A stretch of DNA of 64,000 nt. It comes from an uncultured Gemmatimonadaceae bacterium (GTDB lineage: Bacteria > Gemmatimonadota > Gemmatimonadetes > Gemmatimonadales > Gemmatimonadaceae). Each line of letters opens with the position of its first letter. Positions within the stretch are counted from its first letter, which is position 1. Where the stretch lies: the NCBI GenBank assembly GCA_963817955.1, contig CAWFQK010000002.1:736001-800000 (forward strand), in the 5' to 3' direction. A model generated the notes under the pieces. It saw only the letters and a list, made by a program, of their open reading frames with translations, made no database searches and was not told the DNA's origin. Below, piece after piece: positions 27,886 through 39,162 of this stretch. Made by a program: the position numbers and the translations under genes.

Positions 27886-28610
27886 GAGAAGCGAAGGATC
27901 TCGATGAACGGCGCAACAGCTTTTGAACGCAGAGGTCGCAGAGAACTGCAGGAGAACTGCAGAGAACTGAAAAAGAGAGCTGAAGGGGGAAGTGTGGGGG
28001 GGCGCTAGAGGCGATTCGCCACGCGGATGATCCCATCTTTCAGTTGCGCAACGTGGAAGTTGATCAACAGGCCAACCTGCCGATTGCTCAGTTTGAGTTG
28101 GGACAGCAATTGGGCTTTGTGGACCAGCAGGATCTTCGCGGCCGCCTTGACCTCGACGATGACACATTCCTCGACCAGCAGATCTATCCGATAGGCCAGG
28201 TCGAGTTCCACGCCGTCGTACACGAGGGGCATGGGAACCTCGCTGCGAACGTTCAGCCCGCGTTTCCGTAGCTCGTGCGCGAGGCAGACGTGGTATGCGC
28301 GCTCCAGCAACCCGGGGCCCAGCGCGGAATGAACCTTGATTGCCGAGTCCACAATCATTCCGCTCACCTCGTTGATGGTCACGACACGAGCGATACCATC
28401 CGAGCGTCACGAGAGCGTCATCCAAGAATTCCAGGCGATACAATCCTTCACGGTCCTTTGCAGTTCTCTGCAGTTCTCCTGCAGTTCTCTGCGACCTCTG
28501 CGTTAAAAAGCTGTCGCGCCGTTCATCGAGATCCTTCGCTCCGCTCAGGATGACAGGCCTCGGAGATCCTTCGCTTCGCTCAGGATGACAGGCATCATGT
28601 GTCCCGTGTC
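27880..28610. mobile_element. palindromic element copy D, full-length, carrying a GxxExxY gene
   Basis: 90-bp inverted arms 27880-27969 / 28461-28550 with 4 mismatches. Extra REP unit at 28563-28590, then GTGTCCCGTGTC. Confidence 0.85.
28005..28382 (-). CDS. GxxExxY protein (PD-(D/E)xK nuclease-like)
   Basis: VHSALGPGLLERAY gives the GxxExxY motif; RIDLLVEECVIVEVK; GLLINF. Confidence 0.93.
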   Translation of the reverse strand: MTINEVSGMIVDSAIKVHSALGPGLLERAYHVCLAHELRKRGLNVRSEVPMPLVYDGVELDLAYRIDLLVEECVIVEVKAAAKILLVHKAQLLSQLKLSNRQVGLLINFHVAQLKDGIIRVANRL

Positions 28611-28669
28611 GCCCTGCGGAGCATGCCCTCGAGCTTGTGACTCCTGTCCAGCACTATTTCAACAGGCTG

Positions 28670-29335
28670 CTAACCGCGCGTCGTATACGCCAGGGTGAGG
28701 AATTCCTCTCGCGTACGCGGATCGGAGCGGAAGAGGCCCCGTAGCGCGCTCGTGATGGTCTTGGAGCTCTGCTTCTCCACGCCGCGCATCATCATGCACA
28801 GGTGGTAGGCCTCGATCACCACGCCCACACCCATGGGGTTGAGCACGTCCTGGATTGCCGTGGCGACCTGCTCGGTGAGTCGCTCCTGCACCTGAAGTCG
28901 CCGGGCGAACACTTCGATCAGCCGCGGAATCTTGCTCAGGCCGACGATCTTGCCGTTCGGGATGTAGGCAATGTGCGCGCGGCCGTAAAATGGCAGCATG
29001 TGGTGCTCGCAGAGGCTGTACAGCTCAATGTCGCGCACCATGACCATGTTGCTCGCGCCATCCGCGTCGAACAGCGCTCCATCGACGATATGAGCGACGT
29101 CCATCTCGTAGCCCCGCGTGAGCCACGCCAGCGACGTCGCGACACGGTCTGGCGTGCGCAACAACCCCTCGCGGTCGGGATCCTCGCCAAGTAGCTCGAG
29201 CTGGCGCCGCACCAGATCGCGAAACTCGTGGTTCGAGGACCCACTCTCAATGAACTCCTCGGGGGAAGCGGTCACGGAATCTCCGGTGAGGGGCATTGAA
29301 TCTTGCATGGTTTCTCGAGGGACGTGGCTGCTCAT
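28670..29335 (-). CDS. folE: GTP cyclohydrolase I
   Basis: [39 protein letters not shown] and HLCMMMRGV motifs. Start may be 29308. Confidence 0.95.
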   Translation of the reverse strand: MSSHVPRETMQDSMPLTGDSVTASPEEFIESGSSNHEFRDLVRRQLELLGEDPDREGLLRTPDRVATSLAWLTRGYEMDVAHIVDGALFDADGASNMVMVRDIELYSLCEHHMLPFYGRAHIAYIPNGKIVGLSKIPRLIEVFARRLQVQERLTEQVATAIQDVLNPMGVGVVIEAYHLCMMMRGVEKQSSKTITSALRGLFRSDPRTREEFLTLAYTTRG

Positions 29336-29433
29336 AAACAGTTGTGGTCGCTATAGCGTTGACGGCTTCTCAATGAGACCCTACCTTGGGCCGCCGGGTC
29401 CAGCCGATATGCGTCGCCAACGAGGAAAATGTC

Positions 29434-30063
29434 ATGCTCTTGGTAGGACTCACCGGTAACATCGGCAGTGGCAAGTCGACCGTGGCGCAGCTGCTATCTG
29501 AGCGCGGCGCAACGATAATCGATGCCGACGTGCTGGCCCGCCGCGCCATGGAATGCGGGACAGCCGGATACGATAAGATCGTCGCCCGTTGGGGAGAGGC
29601 GGTGCTGGCGCCGGACGGTCATATTGACCGGCCCGCGTTGCGGCGCATCGTCTTCGCCGACCAGGAGCAACTCGAAGAACTTAATCAGATCGTTCATCCT
29701 GAGGTCGAGCGCCTCCGGGCGCGTCTCGTGGAGCAGGCGCGGAAGCGCGGCGATCGAATCGTCATTTGCGATATTCCACTGCTCTTTGAACGGCACATTA
29801 CGGACCGCTTCGATCGCATCATCCTCGTGGATGCTCACCGTGCCGTTCGGCTCGAGCGTCTGGTGAAGCATCGCGGGCTACGAGAAACGGAAGCAATGGA
29901 CATGATCGCCGCCCAGATGCCGGCGGAGCTGAAGCGCGCCCGCGCCGACTTCGTCATTGAGAACGGCGGCACGTTGACGCAGCTCCAACGGCGCGTCCAG
30001 GACGTATGGGCGGCGCTGAATAACGAGCTCTCCTCGCCAAGGAACGCGGCGATCGTTCCTTGA
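29434..30063 (+). CDS. coaE: dephospho-CoA kinase
   Basis: GLTGNIGSGKSTV, IIDAD, IVHP and DIPLLFE motifs. Confidence 0.95.
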   Translation: MLLVGLTGNIGSGKSTVAQLLSERGATIIDADVLARRAMECGTAGYDKIVARWGEAVLAPDGHIDRPALRRIVFADQEQLEELNQIVHPEVERLRARLVEQARKRGDRIVICDIPLLFERHITDRFDRIILVDAHRAVRLERLVKHRGLRETEAMDMIAAQMPAELKRARADFVIENGGTLTQLQRRVQDVWAALNNELSSPRNAAIVP

Positions 30064-30130
30064 CAGTGTTTTTGAAGACGGATAGACTCCGCCGCGCACC
30101 TCCATTCTGTCACTGACTACGGAGCGCGTC

Positions 30131-30532
30131 GTGTCCGAGATCCCGAAGGACCTGCTGTATACCGAAGATCACGAATACGTGACGCCGGCAGACGACAAGA
30201 ACGTCGTCGCGATCGGCATCACAGAGTTTGCGCAGGGCGAGCTCGGCGACATCGTCTACATCGAGCTGCCAAAGGTGGGCGCCACGTTCGGCAAGCACGA
30301 TGTCTTCGGTACCGTCGAAGCCGTGAAGGCCGTGTCGGAGCTCTACACCCCGCTGGCCGGCGAAGTCGTCGCGGTCAACGACCGCCTCGACAAGGAACCG
30401 GCCCTCGTGAACTCGTCGCCATACGGCGACGGCTGGATGATCAAGCTGAAGGTAAAGAATGCGTCGGAGAAGAGCGCGCTGATGAACGCCGACGCCTATG
30501 CGTTGCATCTGGGCACCAGCAGTCATCACTAG
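30131..30532 (+). CDS. gcvH: glycine cleavage system H protein
   Basis: YTEDHEY, GITEFAQGELGDIVY, VEAVKAV (lipoyl Lys) and PYGDGW motifs. Confidence 0.95.
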   Translation: MSEIPKDLLYTEDHEYVTPADDKNVVAIGITEFAQGELGDIVYIELPKVGATFGKHDVFGTVEAVKAVSELYTPLAGEVVAVNDRLDKEPALVNSSPYGDGWMIKLKVKNASEKSALMNADAYALHLGTSSHH

Positions 30533-30580
30533 GCGAACAAGAAGGCGCTGGACAAACAACTAGACGGTGAACGCCAGTAG

Positions 30581-30629
30581 ATCAGGAAAAGGGCGGTGCG
30601 ACACAGAGTCGCACCGCCCTTTTCCTGAT
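30581..30629. terminator. bidirectional intrinsic terminator between convergent gcvH and gcvP
   Basis: 22-bp perfect inverted repeat ATCAGGAAAAGGGCGGTGCGAC / GTCGCACCGCCCTTTTCCTGAT with a 5-nt loop. Confidence 0.85.
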
Positions 30630-30658
30630 TCATCGAGCCTCTAGCGCCTGATGAGCCG

Positions 30659-33562
30659 CTATTTCACCACGTCCACCCCGATCTCCGCATACGTATCAAC
30701 GGGCGGGCAGGAGCAGATCAGGTTGCGATCGCCGTACGCGCTCTCCACGCGGCCCACCATCGGCCAGAACTTGTGCGCGCGTGTCCAGTACGTCGGGAAG
30801 ACTGCCCGCTCGCGGCTGTAAGCGTGCTCCCAGTTATCCGATATGACACGGCTCATGGGGAATGGCGCGTGTTTGAGCACATTGTCCGCACGATCGGCGA
30901 GCCCCAGTTCGATCTCTCGGATCTCCTCACGGATGGCGATCAGCGCGTCACAGAACCGGTCGAGCTCTGCCTTCGATTCGCTCTCCGTTGGCTCGATCAT
31001 CAACGTGCCGGCCACAGGGAACGAAAGTGTGGGCGCGTGGAAGCCGTAGTCCATCAGGCGCTTGGAAATGTCCTCCGCCTCGACACCGGATGACGTCTTC
31101 ACCGGGCGTGGGTCCACGATGCACTCGTGAGCCACCGTCCCGTTCGTCCCCTTGTAGAGCACAGGGTAATGAGGATCCAGCCGCTTGGCGACGTAATTGG
31201 CATTCAGGATCGCCACCTTCGTCGCCAGTGTCAGCCCCTCGCTGCCCAACATGTCGATGTACATCATCGAGATCGGCAGAATGCTCGCGCTTCCCCAGGG
31301 TGCCGCCGATACAACGCCCGCGCTCTGCTTGCCGCCCACCGCCACCACCGGGTTCGTCGGCAGATGATCGACGAGATGTTTGGCCACGCCAATCGGCCCC
31401 ACACCCGGGCCACCACCACCATGCGGAATGGCGAAGGTCTTGTGCAAGTTCAGGTGGCAGACGTCGGCGCCAATGTCACCCGGGCGCGCCAGACCAACCA
31501 TCGCGTTCATGTTCGCGCCATCGAGATAGACCTGGCCGCCATACCGATGCACGATGCGGCAGATATCGGTGATCGCTTCCTCGAATACGCCATGCGTCGA
31601 GGGATATGTCACCATCAGCGCCGCCAACTTGTCGGCGTTGGCTTTCGCCTTCGCCTCGAGATCGGCGACGTCGATGTTGCCATGCTCGTCAGTCTCGACC
31701 ACCACCACCGTCATGCCCGCCATCACCGCGCTCGCCGGATTCGTACCGTGCGCCGAATGCGGGATGAGGCAGACATCGCGATGCGCATCGTCGTGGCACT
31801 CGTGATACTTGCGAATCACCAGCAGCCCGGTGTACTCGCCTTGCGATCCGGCGTTCGGCTGCAGCGATACCGCAGCGAAACCGGTGATTTCCGCCAGCGC
31901 GGTCTCGAGCCGCTTGAATAGCTCGTGATATCCCTTCGCCTGATCGACCGGCGCGAACGGATGAAGCTTGCCGAATTCCGGCCAGGACACCGGAAACATC
32001 TCCGACGTGGCATTGAGCTTCATCGTACACGAGCCGAGCGGAATCATCGACGTCGTGAGCGACAGGTCTTTCGACTCGAGACGCTTGAGATACCGCAGCA
32101 TCTCGGTTTCCGAGTGGTAGCTGTTGAACACCGGGTGCGTCAGGAACGGCGTCGTGCGCGCAAAGCGCTCGTCGAACCGCGCATCCACCGCCGATGCACT
32201 GACCGTCGGCACCGGGCCGTGACCCGCGGCGAAGATCTCCAGCAGCTCGGTCACATCGGCGGCCGTCACGGTCTCGTCGAGCGCCACGATCACGCGCGAG
32301 TCGCCGGACGACCGCAGGTTGATATTGCGCGCGCGCGCCGCACCGATGATGTCCGTCGCCGGACGATCGCCCAACTCAACGCTGATCGTGTCGAAGTAGT
32401 CGCTGCTCGTCAACGTGTAGCCGAGCGCCTCGACGCCGGCACCGAGCGTGGTCGCCATCCGGTGGATCTGGCGCGCGATCGCCTTCAGGCGCTCCGGGCC
32501 ATGCCACACCGCGTACATGCCGGCCATCACCGCCAGCAGCACCTGCGCCGTGCACACGTTGCTCGTCGCCTTCTCGCGCCTGATGTGCTGCTCGCGCGTC
32601 TGAAGGGCCATGCGCAGCGCCGGTTTGCCATCCGCGTCACGCGACACGCCGATGACCCGGCCAGGCATCTGCCGCTTGAATTCATCCTTCGTCGCGAAGA
32701 ACGCGGCGTGCGGGCCGCCGTACCCTAGCGGAACGCCGAATCGCTGCGAGTTGCCGACACAGATATCGGCGCCCCACTCGCCCGGCGGCGCGAGCAGCAC
32801 GAGACTCATCAGATCAGCCGCCACCGTGACAACGGCCTTCACCGCGTGCGCGCGATCGCAGAACTGCCGGTAGTCGTGTACCGCGCCGTCAGTCGTCGGA
32901 TACTGCAGCAGCGTGCCGAACACGTCTTCCCCGAGCGCCGCCTTGCGCCAATCGCCGACGACCACCTTCACCCCGCGCACCGTCGCCCGCGTCTGCACGA
33001 CCGCGATCGTCTGCGGGTGGCATTCGTCGGACACGAAGAAGGTGTCCTTCCCCGCCTTGCCAGCCAAAGCATGCGCCATGTGCATCGCCTCGGCTGCTGC
33101 GGTGCCCTCGTCGAGCAGGGACGCATTCGCGATCTCGAGGCCAGTCAGATCCATCACCATCGTCTGGAAGGTGAGCAGCGCCTCGAGACGTCCCTGTGAG
33201 ATCTCTGCCTGATACGGCGTGTACGACGTATACCAGCCCGGGTTCTCGAACACGTTCCGCTGAATGACAGCCGGCGTGATCGTGTCGTGATATCCAAGCC
33301 CAAGGTATGACCGGCAGATCTGGTTGCGCTGGGCGATCGACCGAATGTTGGTGAGCGCTTCGTACTCGGACATCGGCGCGTGAATCGCGAGTGGGCGCTT
33401 CAGGCGAATGGCCGTCGGTACAGTGGCGTCGATGAGCGAATCGAGCGAGTCATAGCCCAATAGTTCGAGCATTGCCGCCATGTCGGCCTCCGACGGACCG
33501 ATGTGGCGCGGAATGAAGCTCGCCGCCTGCGCGGCCGACATCTCGTGGCTCTGGTTGGTCAT
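30659..33562 (-). CDS. gcvP: glycine dehydrogenase (decarboxylating), single-chain P protein
   Basis: [26 protein letters not shown] and HLNLHKTF motifs; 967 aa. Confidence 0.97.
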   Translation of the reverse strand: MTNQSHEMSAAQAASFIPRHIGPSEADMAAMLELLGYDSLDSLIDATVPTAIRLKRPLAIHAPMSEYEALTNIRSIAQRNQICRSYLGLGYHDTITPAVIQRNVFENPGWYTSYTPYQAEISQGRLEALLTFQTMVMDLTGLEIANASLLDEGTAAAEAMHMAHALAGKAGKDTFFVSDECHPQTIAVVQTRATVRGVKVVVGDWRKAALGEDVFGTLLQYPTTDGAVHDYRQFCDRAHAVKAVVTVAADLMSLVLLAPPGEWGADICVGNSQRFGVPLGYGGPHAAFFATKDEFKRQMPGRVIGVSRDADGKPALRMALQTREQHIRREKATSNVCTAQVLLAVMAGMYAVWHGPERLKAIARQIHRMATTLGAGVEALGYTLTSSDYFDTISVELGDRPATDIIGAARARNINLRSSGDSRVIVALDETVTAADVTELLEIFAAGHGPVPTVSASAVDARFDERFARTTPFLTHPVFNSYHSETEMLRYLKRLESKDLSLTTSMIPLGSCTMKLNATSEMFPVSWPEFGKLHPFAPVDQAKGYHELFKRLETALAEITGFAAVSLQPNAGSQGEYTGLLVIRKYHECHDDAHRDVCLIPHSAHGTNPASAVMAGMTVVVVETDEHGNIDVADLEAKAKANADKLAALMVTYPSTHGVFEEAITDICRIVHRYGGQVYLDGANMNAMVGLARPGDIGADVCHLNLHKTFAIPHGGGGPGVGPIGVAKHLVDHLPTNPVVAVGGKQSAGVVSAAPWGSASILPISMMYIDMLGSEGLTLATKVAILNANYVAKRLDPHYPVLYKGTNGTVAHECIVDPRPVKTSSGVEAEDISKRLMDYGFHAPTLSFPVAGTLMIEPTESESKAELDRFCDALIAIREEIREIELGLADRADNVLKHAPFPMSRVISDNWEHAYSRERAVFPTYWTRAHKFWPMVGRVESAYGDRNLICSCPPVDTYAEIGVDVVK

Positions 33563-33721
33563 GCGGTCCTCTAAAGGGGCCAGGTGCGGCCCGGATCGTC
33601 GATAGAAGTGTGGCCAGATGGACTGGCCGTGGCGCCCGTTGCGAAATACCGGGCGCGATTGAAGTGACTTGAATCTATGTTTGGGTCAAGGCACGCGCCT
33701 CATTCCTCACCTCGATATCCG

Positions 33722-34525
33722 ATGTCCATCCCCCTCCCCACAAGCGCGCTCGCCACTCGGTGGCGGGTCGTCCTCACGCCGGCCGCCAGCGGCGCCGAAA
33801 ACATGGCGCTCGACCAAGCGCTGATGGATCGCGCACGGCAGAGCGGGGAATGGGTCCTGCGCGTGTATTCATGGGCGACGCCAACCATCTCCCTCGGGCG
33901 CAATCAGACCGCGCGTGGGCGGTACGACCTCGGTCGCATCAAAGAACTTGGCCTCGACGTCGTGCGCCGGCCAACGGGCGGGCGCGCCATTCTGCACGAT
34001 CGCGAGATCACGTACAGTGTGACGGCACCCGTGGACGACGCGGGTGACCTGCGACAATCCTACGATCGCATCAATCGCCTGCTCCTCGCCGCGCTGCAGG
34101 CCATGGGCGTCCAGGCAATGCTCGCCGCGCCCGCGCACCGCACGCCGTCGCCCGGGATGTCCCCCTGTTTCGACGAACCGTCAGCCGGCGAGCTCACGCT
34201 TGGCGGCCGGAAGCTTGCCGGGAGCGCACAATGGCGCGTCGATGGCGCGCTGCTCCAGCACGGCTCCATTCTCGTGGAGGACGACCAGTCGTTGCTGGCC
34301 GGCATCGCGCTCGGCGGAGGAGCGGCCATTCCGGCACCCGCCACCCTCGCGCAGGCTCTCGGCCGCACGCCACAGCCCTGCGACGTCGCGCAGGCGCTAA
34401 CTGCCGCCATCACTCTCCTGGAGGGTACGGTCCCGGTCGAGTTATCGGTCGATACTGAAGTCCGTGCCCGCGCCGAGGCCCTCGTCGTCCAATACACGGA
34501 TGATGCCTGGACCTGGCGTCGCTGA
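33722..34525 (+). CDS. LplA/LipM-family lipoate ligase or octanoyltransferase (single domain)
   Basis: NMALDQAL, RRPTGGRAILH, RKLAGSAQ and LLQHGSI motifs. Confidence 0.85.
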   Translation: MSIPLPTSALATRWRVVLTPAASGAENMALDQALMDRARQSGEWVLRVYSWATPTISLGRNQTARGRYDLGRIKELGLDVVRRPTGGRAILHDREITYSVTAPVDDAGDLRQSYDRINRLLLAALQAMGVQAMLAAPAHRTPSPGMSPCFDEPSAGELTLGGRKLAGSAQWRVDGALLQHGSILVEDDQSLLAGIALGGGAAIPAPATLAQALGRTPQPCDVAQALTAAITLLEGTVPVELSVDTEVRARAEALVVQYTDDAWTWRR

Positions 34526-34564
34526 GCCAGCCGGTCACTCGCGCTTGTCTTTCCCCCAGCCCTC

Positions 34565-36232
34565 ATGATGCGCAATTCCCGCTTGCTGATCGCGTCGGTC
34601 GCCGTGCTTGCCGCCTGCAGCTCAAAGGAAACCCCCAGTTCCTCCGGCACGACAGGCGGAACACTCATCATCGCCGGGCCTGGCGATCCGGTGGACGTGT
34701 TCCCGCCGTATGTGACCGATCAGAACGGCCGCATGGTGCAGGATCTCGTGTTCGACCGGCTGGCCGATATCAGCCCGGACCTCACGACGATTGGCGACAA
34801 AGGGTTCAAGCCCGCGCTCGCGCAGAAGTGGACGTGGGCGCCCGATTCGCTCTCGATCGCCTTCTCGATCGATCCCCGTGCGCGATGGCATGACGGCAAA
34901 CCGGTCACGGCAAATGACGTGCGCTACAGCGTGAGAGTGTTCACCGATCCCAAGGTCGGATCGCCAACCGCGCCACTCTTAGGTAACATCGATTCCGTCT
35001 CGGTACGCGACTCGCTCACAGCGGTGGTGTTCTTCAAGAAACACACGCCCGAGCAATTCTACGATCTCGTCTATCAGGTGGCGATCGTGCCCGAGCATGT
35101 CTACGGCGCCATTCCGTTCGATCAATTGCACACGTCGCCGATCACGCGCACACCGATCGGGAGCGGCCGGTTTCGCTTCGTGAAGTGGGAGCCTGGCACG
35201 CGGCTCGAGCTCATCGCCGATACATCCAACTATCGCGGCCGCGCGAAGCTCGACCGGCTCATCTTCACCCCGACCGATCCGTCGACCGCGATGACGCAGG
35301 TGCTCGGCGGACAGGCCGATTTCATGGATGCCTTCCCGATCGACCAGGTGCCGAAGCTCGACAGCAGCACCGTGGCGCGCCCGCTCGTGATCACGAACTT
35401 CGGTTACGCGTTCATGGCCTTGAATCCGTACGCCGGAAAGTCGAAGACTCCTCATCCCATCTTCGGCGATGTGCGCGTCCGCCGAGCGCTGTCGATGGGG
35501 GTCGACCGCATGGCGATGTTGCACAACGTGTACGGCAACGTCGGCAAGATCAGCCACGGGCCATTCCCCATGAGCGTTCCATACGCCGACAGCACGATCA
35601 AGCTGCCGCCGTTCGACACCACGGCCGCCAGGGCAATGCTCGATACGGCTGGTTGGCGCGTCGGCGCCGACGGCATCCGCGTGAGGAATGGTAAGCCGCT
35701 GCGTTTCTCGCTCGCGACGCCCACTTCGAGCCTGTTTCGACGCCGCTATGCTGTGCTGCTCCAGGAACAACTCCGAAAGCTTGGCGCGCAGGTCGACGTC
35801 GATGAGATGGACAACAAGACGCTCATCAACAAGGAGCAGACGTACGACTTCGACGCCGTGCTCGCGTCGTTCTCGTACGATCCGAGTCCTGGTGGCGTGA
35901 AACAGAATTGGTCCACGTCGGGCATTGGTGCGGCGGGTCAGAACTGGCTCCGCTACTCCAACGTCAAGGTGGACGCGCTGCTCGACAGCGCCACAACGGC
36001 GTTCGACGCCGGAAAGTCGCGCTCGTACTCGACGCGCGCCTTCCAGCAGATTGCCGACGACGTGCCGGCGATCTGGCTCTACGACGTGGTACTCGTGGAC
36101 GCGGTGAATCGGCGCGTGACTACGCAGCAGCTGCGACCCGATGGCTGGTGGGTGACCCTTCCCGACTGGTCGATTCCCGCCGACAAGCGCATCGACCGCG
36201 ATCGTATCGGCCTCACGTCGTCCAAGCGCTGA
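34565..36232 (+). CDS. peptide ABC transporter substrate-binding lipoprotein (OppA/DppA family)
   Basis: Lipobox LAAC; ARWHDGKPVTANDV, PIGSGRF and DVRVRRAL motifs. Confidence 0.9.
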   Translation: MMRNSRLLIASVAVLAACSSKETPSSSGTTGGTLIIAGPGDPVDVFPPYVTDQNGRMVQDLVFDRLADISPDLTTIGDKGFKPALAQKWTWAPDSLSIAFSIDPRARWHDGKPVTANDVRYSVRVFTDPKVGSPTAPLLGNIDSVSVRDSLTAVVFFKKHTPEQFYDLVYQVAIVPEHVYGAIPFDQLHTSPITRTPIGSGRFRFVKWEPGTRLELIADTSNYRGRAKLDRLIFTPTDPSTAMTQVLGGQADFMDAFPIDQVPKLDSSTVARPLVITNFGYAFMALNPYAGKSKTPHPIFGDVRVRRALSMGVDRMAMLHNVYGNVGKISHGPFPMSVPYADSTIKLPPFDTTAARAMLDTAGWRVGADGIRVRNGKPLRFSLATPTSSLFRRRYAVLLQEQLRKLGAQVDVDEMDNKTLINKEQTYDFDAVLASFSYDPSPGGVKQNWSTSGIGAAGQNWLRYSNVKVDALLDSATTAFDAGKSRSYSTRAFQQIADDVPAIWLYDVVLVDAVNRRVTTQQLRPDGWWVTLPDWSIPADKRIDRDRIGLTSSKR

Positions 36233-36235
36233 GCC

Positions 36236-37198
36236 GTGCGGCGACAGCTCGCCGCCCGGCTCTTCCAGTCGCTGATCGTCGTCCTGATCGTGACGATGAT
36301 CAGCTTCTTCGTAATTCGCTCGGCACCGGGTGATCCGTTCTCCTACGAATCGACCACCATCACCCCCGCTGTACGCGAGCACTGGCGCCAACAATTCGGG
36401 TACGACAAACCGCTCGTCGAGCAGTTCGGGCGGTATGTCGCGAGCGTGGCGCACGGTGACTTTGGATACTCCGTTCAGATGCATGAACCCGTGTCCACCG
36501 CGCTCGCTGCGGCGGTGCCAAGAACGCTCCTGTTGGCCGGGGTCGCCATTGGCCTGAGCTTTCTCGTCGGTGTGATCATTGGCGTGCTCCAGGCCACGCA
36601 CCGCGACGGCTGGTTCGATCGCCTGAGCTCCACGGTCCTGCTGCTCTTCTATTCGCTCCCGGATTTCTGGGCGGCGCTGATGTTGCTGCTCGTGTTTGCG
36701 TACTGGGTGCCCATCCTGCCGGCGGGAAACATCGTCGACCCAGTAATGCACGCCTACATGGGCGGATGGGCGGCGTTCGCCGACCGGCTGAAGCATCTCG
36801 TGTTGCCCGCCGGCACACTGACGCTGCTCACCATGGCTGGGGTCACACGCTACCAGCGCGGCGCCATGCTCGAGGTGCTCCCGTCGGACTACGTTCGCAC
36901 CGCGCGCGCCAAAGGTGTGCCGGAGCGGCAGATCATCTGGCGTCACGCGCTGCGCACGGCACTCACGCCAATGATCGCGCTCCTTGGCCTCTTCCTCCCC
37001 GCGCTGCTCGGCGGGGCGCTGTTTGTCGAGAAGGTCTTCGCCTGGCCGGGAATGGGCATGCTGGCCGCCGGCGCCATCGACGGACGCGATTATGACCTCG
37101 TCACGGCAACGGTGGTCGTCGGTTCGATCATGGTCGTGATCGGCAATCTGTTCGCCGATCTCCTGCACATGGCCCTCGATCCGCGCATTCGTGAGTAG
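36236..37198 (+). CDS. peptide ABC transporter permease (OppB family)
   Basis: APGDP, GDFGYS, DYVRTARAKG and EKVFAWPGMG motifs. Confidence 0.92.
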   Translation: MRRQLAARLFQSLIVVLIVTMISFFVIRSAPGDPFSYESTTITPAVREHWRQQFGYDKPLVEQFGRYVASVAHGDFGYSVQMHEPVSTALAAAVPRTLLLAGVAIGLSFLVGVIIGVLQATHRDGWFDRLSSTVLLLFYSLPDFWAALMLLLVFAYWVPILPAGNIVDPVMHAYMGGWAAFADRLKHLVLPAGTLTLLTMAGVTRYQRGAMLEVLPSDYVRTARAKGVPERQIIWRHALRTALTPMIALLGLFLPALLGGALFVEKVFAWPGMGMLAAGAIDGRDYDLVTATVVVGSIMVVIGNLFADLLHMALDPRIRE

Positions 37199-38117
37199 CG
37201 GGGTATTCGTTCCGGCGTCCACCCTCAGACGACTGTTCCGGCATCGCTCGGCGCGCTGGGCACTCGGGGTGATCGCGCTGCTGATCATCGCCGCGATCGT
37301 GGGACCCTGGCTCGTGTCGTACACAGGGAACGAGCAGCTCGACATCATCGGGATGAAGAATCGGCCGCCCTCCTGGCAACATCCCTTCGGGACCGACCAA
37401 TACAGCCGCGATCTGCTGACGCGGGTGCTGATCGGTGCGCGCATCTCGCTCGCCGTGTCGACACTCGCCGTCGTGCTCTCGATGACACTCGGCACCGCGT
37501 ACGGGCTCGTGGCCGGCTACGTGGGCGGTCGCGTCGACGGTGTGATGATGCGCCTTCTGGACGGTTGCCTGTCGATTCCCCGCGTGCTGCTGCTCGTCGC
37601 CGTGCTCACGTTGTGGCACCCTGTTCCGCTCTCGGGTCTCATCGTCCTCATCGGTGTGACGGGTTGGTTTGGCATGTCGCGCCTGGTTCGAGCTGAAACG
37701 CTGTCCGCGCGAAAACAGGACTACGTGGACGCCGCCCGTGCCCTGGGCGCTTCTGATGCACGCGTCCTGTGGCGACATCTTCTGCCAAATGTGACCGGTC
37801 CGGTGATCGTCACAGCCACGCTTGCCGTAGGCAACGTCATCGCGCTCGAGGCGGGATTGTCGTATCTCGGCGTGGGGACGCACGAGCCGACGCCGAGTTG
37901 GGGATCGATCTTTCTCGACGGCGTCTCGTTCTTTGCGGGAAACTGGTGGGTGGTATTCTTCCCTGGAGTTGCCATCGTCGCCACCGTGCTGGCCTTCAAT
38001 GTGCTCGGCGACGCCTTGCGCGACGTCCTCGATCCGCGGCAGCTTCACGGGTCCGCGACGCTGCCGGCGACTCTGTTGGCAACCACGACCAGGCCCCAAT
38101 CGATCGAGAATGGCTGA
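37191..38117 (+). CDS. peptide ABC transporter permease (OppC family)
   Basis: [26 protein letters not shown] and [10 protein letters not shown] motifs. Confidence 0.92.
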   Translation: MSSGVFVPASTLRRLFRHRSARWALGVIALLIIAAIVGPWLVSYTGNEQLDIIGMKNRPPSWQHPFGTDQYSRDLLTRVLIGARISLAVSTLAVVLSMTLGTAYGLVAGYVGGRVDGVMMRLLDGCLSIPRVLLLVAVLTLWHPVPLSGLIVLIGVTGWFGMSRLVRAETLSARKQDYVDAARALGASDARVLWRHLLPNVTGPVIVTATLAVGNVIALEAGLSYLGVGTHEPTPSWGSIFLDGVSFFAGNWWVVFFPGVAIVATVLAFNVLGDALRDVLDPRQLHGSATLPATLLATTTRPQSIENG

Positions 38118-39162
38118 TCCGCTGCTGCGCGTCCACGAGCTACGCACCTATTTCTACACCGAAGGTGGCGTCGCCAAGGCGGTGGATGGAGTGAGCTTCG
38201 AGATCGGCGCCGGCGAAACAGTCGGGCTCGTCGGGGAGTCGGGATGCGGCAAGTCCGTGACGGCGCTGTCGCTGCTGCGGCTCGTGCGACCGCCGGGACG
38301 AATCGAGCCCGGCAGTGAGATCACCTTCGACGGACAGGATCTCGTCACGCTCGACGAAAAGTCGATGCGAAAGATCCGTGGCGCTCGCATCGCCATGGTG
38401 TTCCAAGAGCCAATGACGGCGCTCAATCCCGTTTTCACGATTGGCGATCAGGTGGCCGAAGTGGTGCGCGTGCATCACGGCGGATCGAGAAAGGAGGCGT
38501 GGGCGCGCGCCGTGAAGATGCTGGAAACAGTCGGCATCGCGTCGCCCGAGCAACGCGCCAACGACTACCCGCATCAACTCTCCGGCGGTATGCGTCAGCG
38601 GGTCGTGATCGCGATGGCCCTCGTCATGAACCCGGCCCTCGTGATCGCCGACGAACCGACCACCGCACTCGACGTCACCATCCAGGCGCAGATTCTCGAA
38701 CTGCTTCGCGAATTGCAGCAGCAGTTCGGCACGTCCATTCTGCTCATCACTCATGATCTTGGCGTTGTCGCGGAAACCGCCTCGCGCGTCATCGTCATGT
38801 ACGGCGGCGAGATCGTCGAAGAGGCGGCGGTGGCCGAATTGTTCGCGGCAGCGCATCATCCGTACACCGAGGGACTGCTGAACGCGATGCCGCAGGTTGG
38901 TCACGAGCGCGAGCGATTGGCAACGATTCCCGGCTCAGTGCCGCCACCCACGGCATGGCCAACGGGCTGCCGCTTTCACGATCGTTGCCCCTACGCGTGG
39001 GCTCGGTGCATCACCGAACATCCACCGCTCTATCCGATCGGCAACGGCCATATATCGCGGTGCCATCTCGCCGATGAACCGCGGCGACGCGCGGACAAAC
39101 ATGAGCCGTTCGTGGTAAGTGGCGAGCGCGGAGCGGCGAGTGGCGAGGCACCCCCCGCATGA
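38110..39162 (+). CDS. peptide ABC transporter ATP-binding protein (OppD family)
   Basis: [24 protein letters not shown] and HPYT motifs. Confidence 0.92.
   Translation: MADPLLRVHELRTYFYTEGGVAKAVDGVSFEIGAGETVGLVGESGCGKSVTALSLLRLVRPPGRIEPGSEITFDGQDLVTLDEKSMRKIRGARIAMVFQEPMTALNPVFTIGDQVAEVVRVHHGGSRKEAWARAVKMLETVGIASPEQRANDYPHQLSGGMRQRVVIAMALVMNPALVIADEPTTALDVTIQAQILELLRELQQQFGTSILLITHDLGVVAETASRVIVMYGGEIVEEAAVAELFAAAHHPYTEGLLNAMPQVGHERERLATIPGSVPPPTAWPTGCRFHDRCPYAWARCITEHPPLYPIGNGHISRCHLADEPRRRADKHEPFVVSGERGAASGEAPPA

Noticed and set aside
27860..28630. Classical IS element with target-site duplication
   Set aside because: No DDE, HUH or recombinase ORF and no flanking direct repeat were found, so it is not assigned to a known IS family.
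33563..33720. Glycine riboswitch upstream of gcvP
   Set aside because: No GGAGA...CCGAAG...CTCTCAGG aptamer consensus is visible on the minus strand.
34979..37495. Long antisense ORFs (838 aa here; also 1570-3003, 10807-12600, 12825-14438, 53144-54799 and 60592-61944)
   Set aside because: They are shadow frames opposite well-supported genes, expected at high GC, and show no recognisable motifs.
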